The notes under the pieces were generated by a model, which was given only the letters and a program-made list of their open reading frames with translations, did no database searches and was not told the origin of the DNA. A DNA stretch of 64,000 nt from Chiloscyllium plagiosum (taxonomy: Eukaryota): contig NW_025215376.1 in NCBI RefSeq assembly GCF_004010195.1, forward strand, positions 62,001 to 126,000. The letters run 5' to 3'. Each line of letters opens with the position of its first letter. Within the stretch, counting starts at the first letter, position 1. A program made the position numbers and the translations under genes. Below, in pieces: positions 62,985 through 64,000 of this stretch.

Positions 62985-63550
62985 GCCCAGCATTTTCCTG
63001 ACTACAGATGTTATGCTAACTGGCCTAAAGTTACCTGCCTTTTGCCTATACCTTTTTTTAAACAGTAGCATGACACTCGCTGTCTTCCAGTCTGCTGGGG
63101 CCAGACCAGAGTCCAGTGAATGTTTGGTAAATTACCACTAACGCTGTTACTATTACTTCCACCATTGCTTTTAGCTGGGATGCTTGACATCAGGACCAGG
63201 AGACTTATCTACCTTTAGACCCTCAGCACTACCACTTTAGAGTTAACAATTGAATTGAGATCCTCACCTCCCATCGTATCCATAACATCATTTTTTGGCA
63301 TATTAGACACAGTTTCCACTATGAAGACTGACACAAAATAGTTGTTCAAGGCTTTGGCCATTTCGGCATTACCCAATATTACCCTTTCTCATCCTGCAAG
63401 GGACCTACGTCCACTTTTGTCACTCTTTTTCGTTTTATAGATTTATAAATAATTGTCCTGCCTGTTTTTATATTCTCTGCTAGTTTGCATTCATAATCTA
63501 TCTTTCCTTTCTTTATTGCTTGCTATGTGGTTCTTTGTTGCTTTATAAAG
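62985..63550 (-). mobile_element. Old CR1-type ORF2 fragment
   Basis: Minus strand reads DKSPGPD...GNFRPVSITSVVRK. Confidence 0.7.
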
Positions 63551-64000
63551 TATAACCCAGGTGTAACGCTTCTGGTATCCAGGAATCAGTCTGGTAAACA
63601 TTCATTGCACTCCGTCAAAAGCCAAATATACTTCCTCAAATAATGACACCAGAAGTGCACACAACATTTACATTTGTTCTTAGAAATACTTGACGATGTT
63701 CATGATGAAAGGACATATGAAAGGGCGAGGGGATGGTGAGGAAGTGAGTTTCAGAACCTTGGTCGTCAACTATAAATAGCACAGCCATCAACATTGTCTC
63801 AAGAGAATTGATAATTCACAAAAGCTAAACTGAGTGCTAGGGAACTTTCTTGTTATGATATAGAAATTTAGGAACATTTATGATACAACGAGGGTGGAAC
63901 TATTTGTATATTCAAAACAGCTATTAGAAATTTAGTTATGACATGGTTCTCCATCAGGGTTAAATGCAGTTTATTGAACACTAAGCATAATGAATAAAAT

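Overview
Vertebrate genomic DNA, almost certainly from an elasmobranch (shark): it is dense in HE1-type tRNA-derived SINEs and HER1/CR1 LINE fragments. The non-repeat core is a tandem cluster of class A GPCR genes most similar to the GPR139/GPR142 family. Three minus-strand genes look intact. Each has a 70-nt first coding exon that the ORF track misses, a phase-1 GT-AG intron and a 905-nt second exon, giving a 324-aa protein. Three more orphan, degenerate copies of exon 1 (one minus, two plus strand) all have GC in place of the GT donor. Repeated flanking modules show that the locus was built from roughly nine direct and inverted copies of one gene cassette. The paralogues differ non-conservatively at predicted ligand-pocket positions, which suggests a birth-and-death, possibly chemosensory, receptor family. 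The window also holds two decayed Gypsy LTR elements (one with Gmr1-like PR-INT-RT-RH order, one inserted 130 bp upstream of a receptor ATG), a solo LTR, Penelope-derived mini-elements carrying minimal hammerhead-ribozyme cores (often as palindromes with target-site duplications), and several local templated duplications. All family assignments and alignments were made by eye, and repeat boundaries are approximate.
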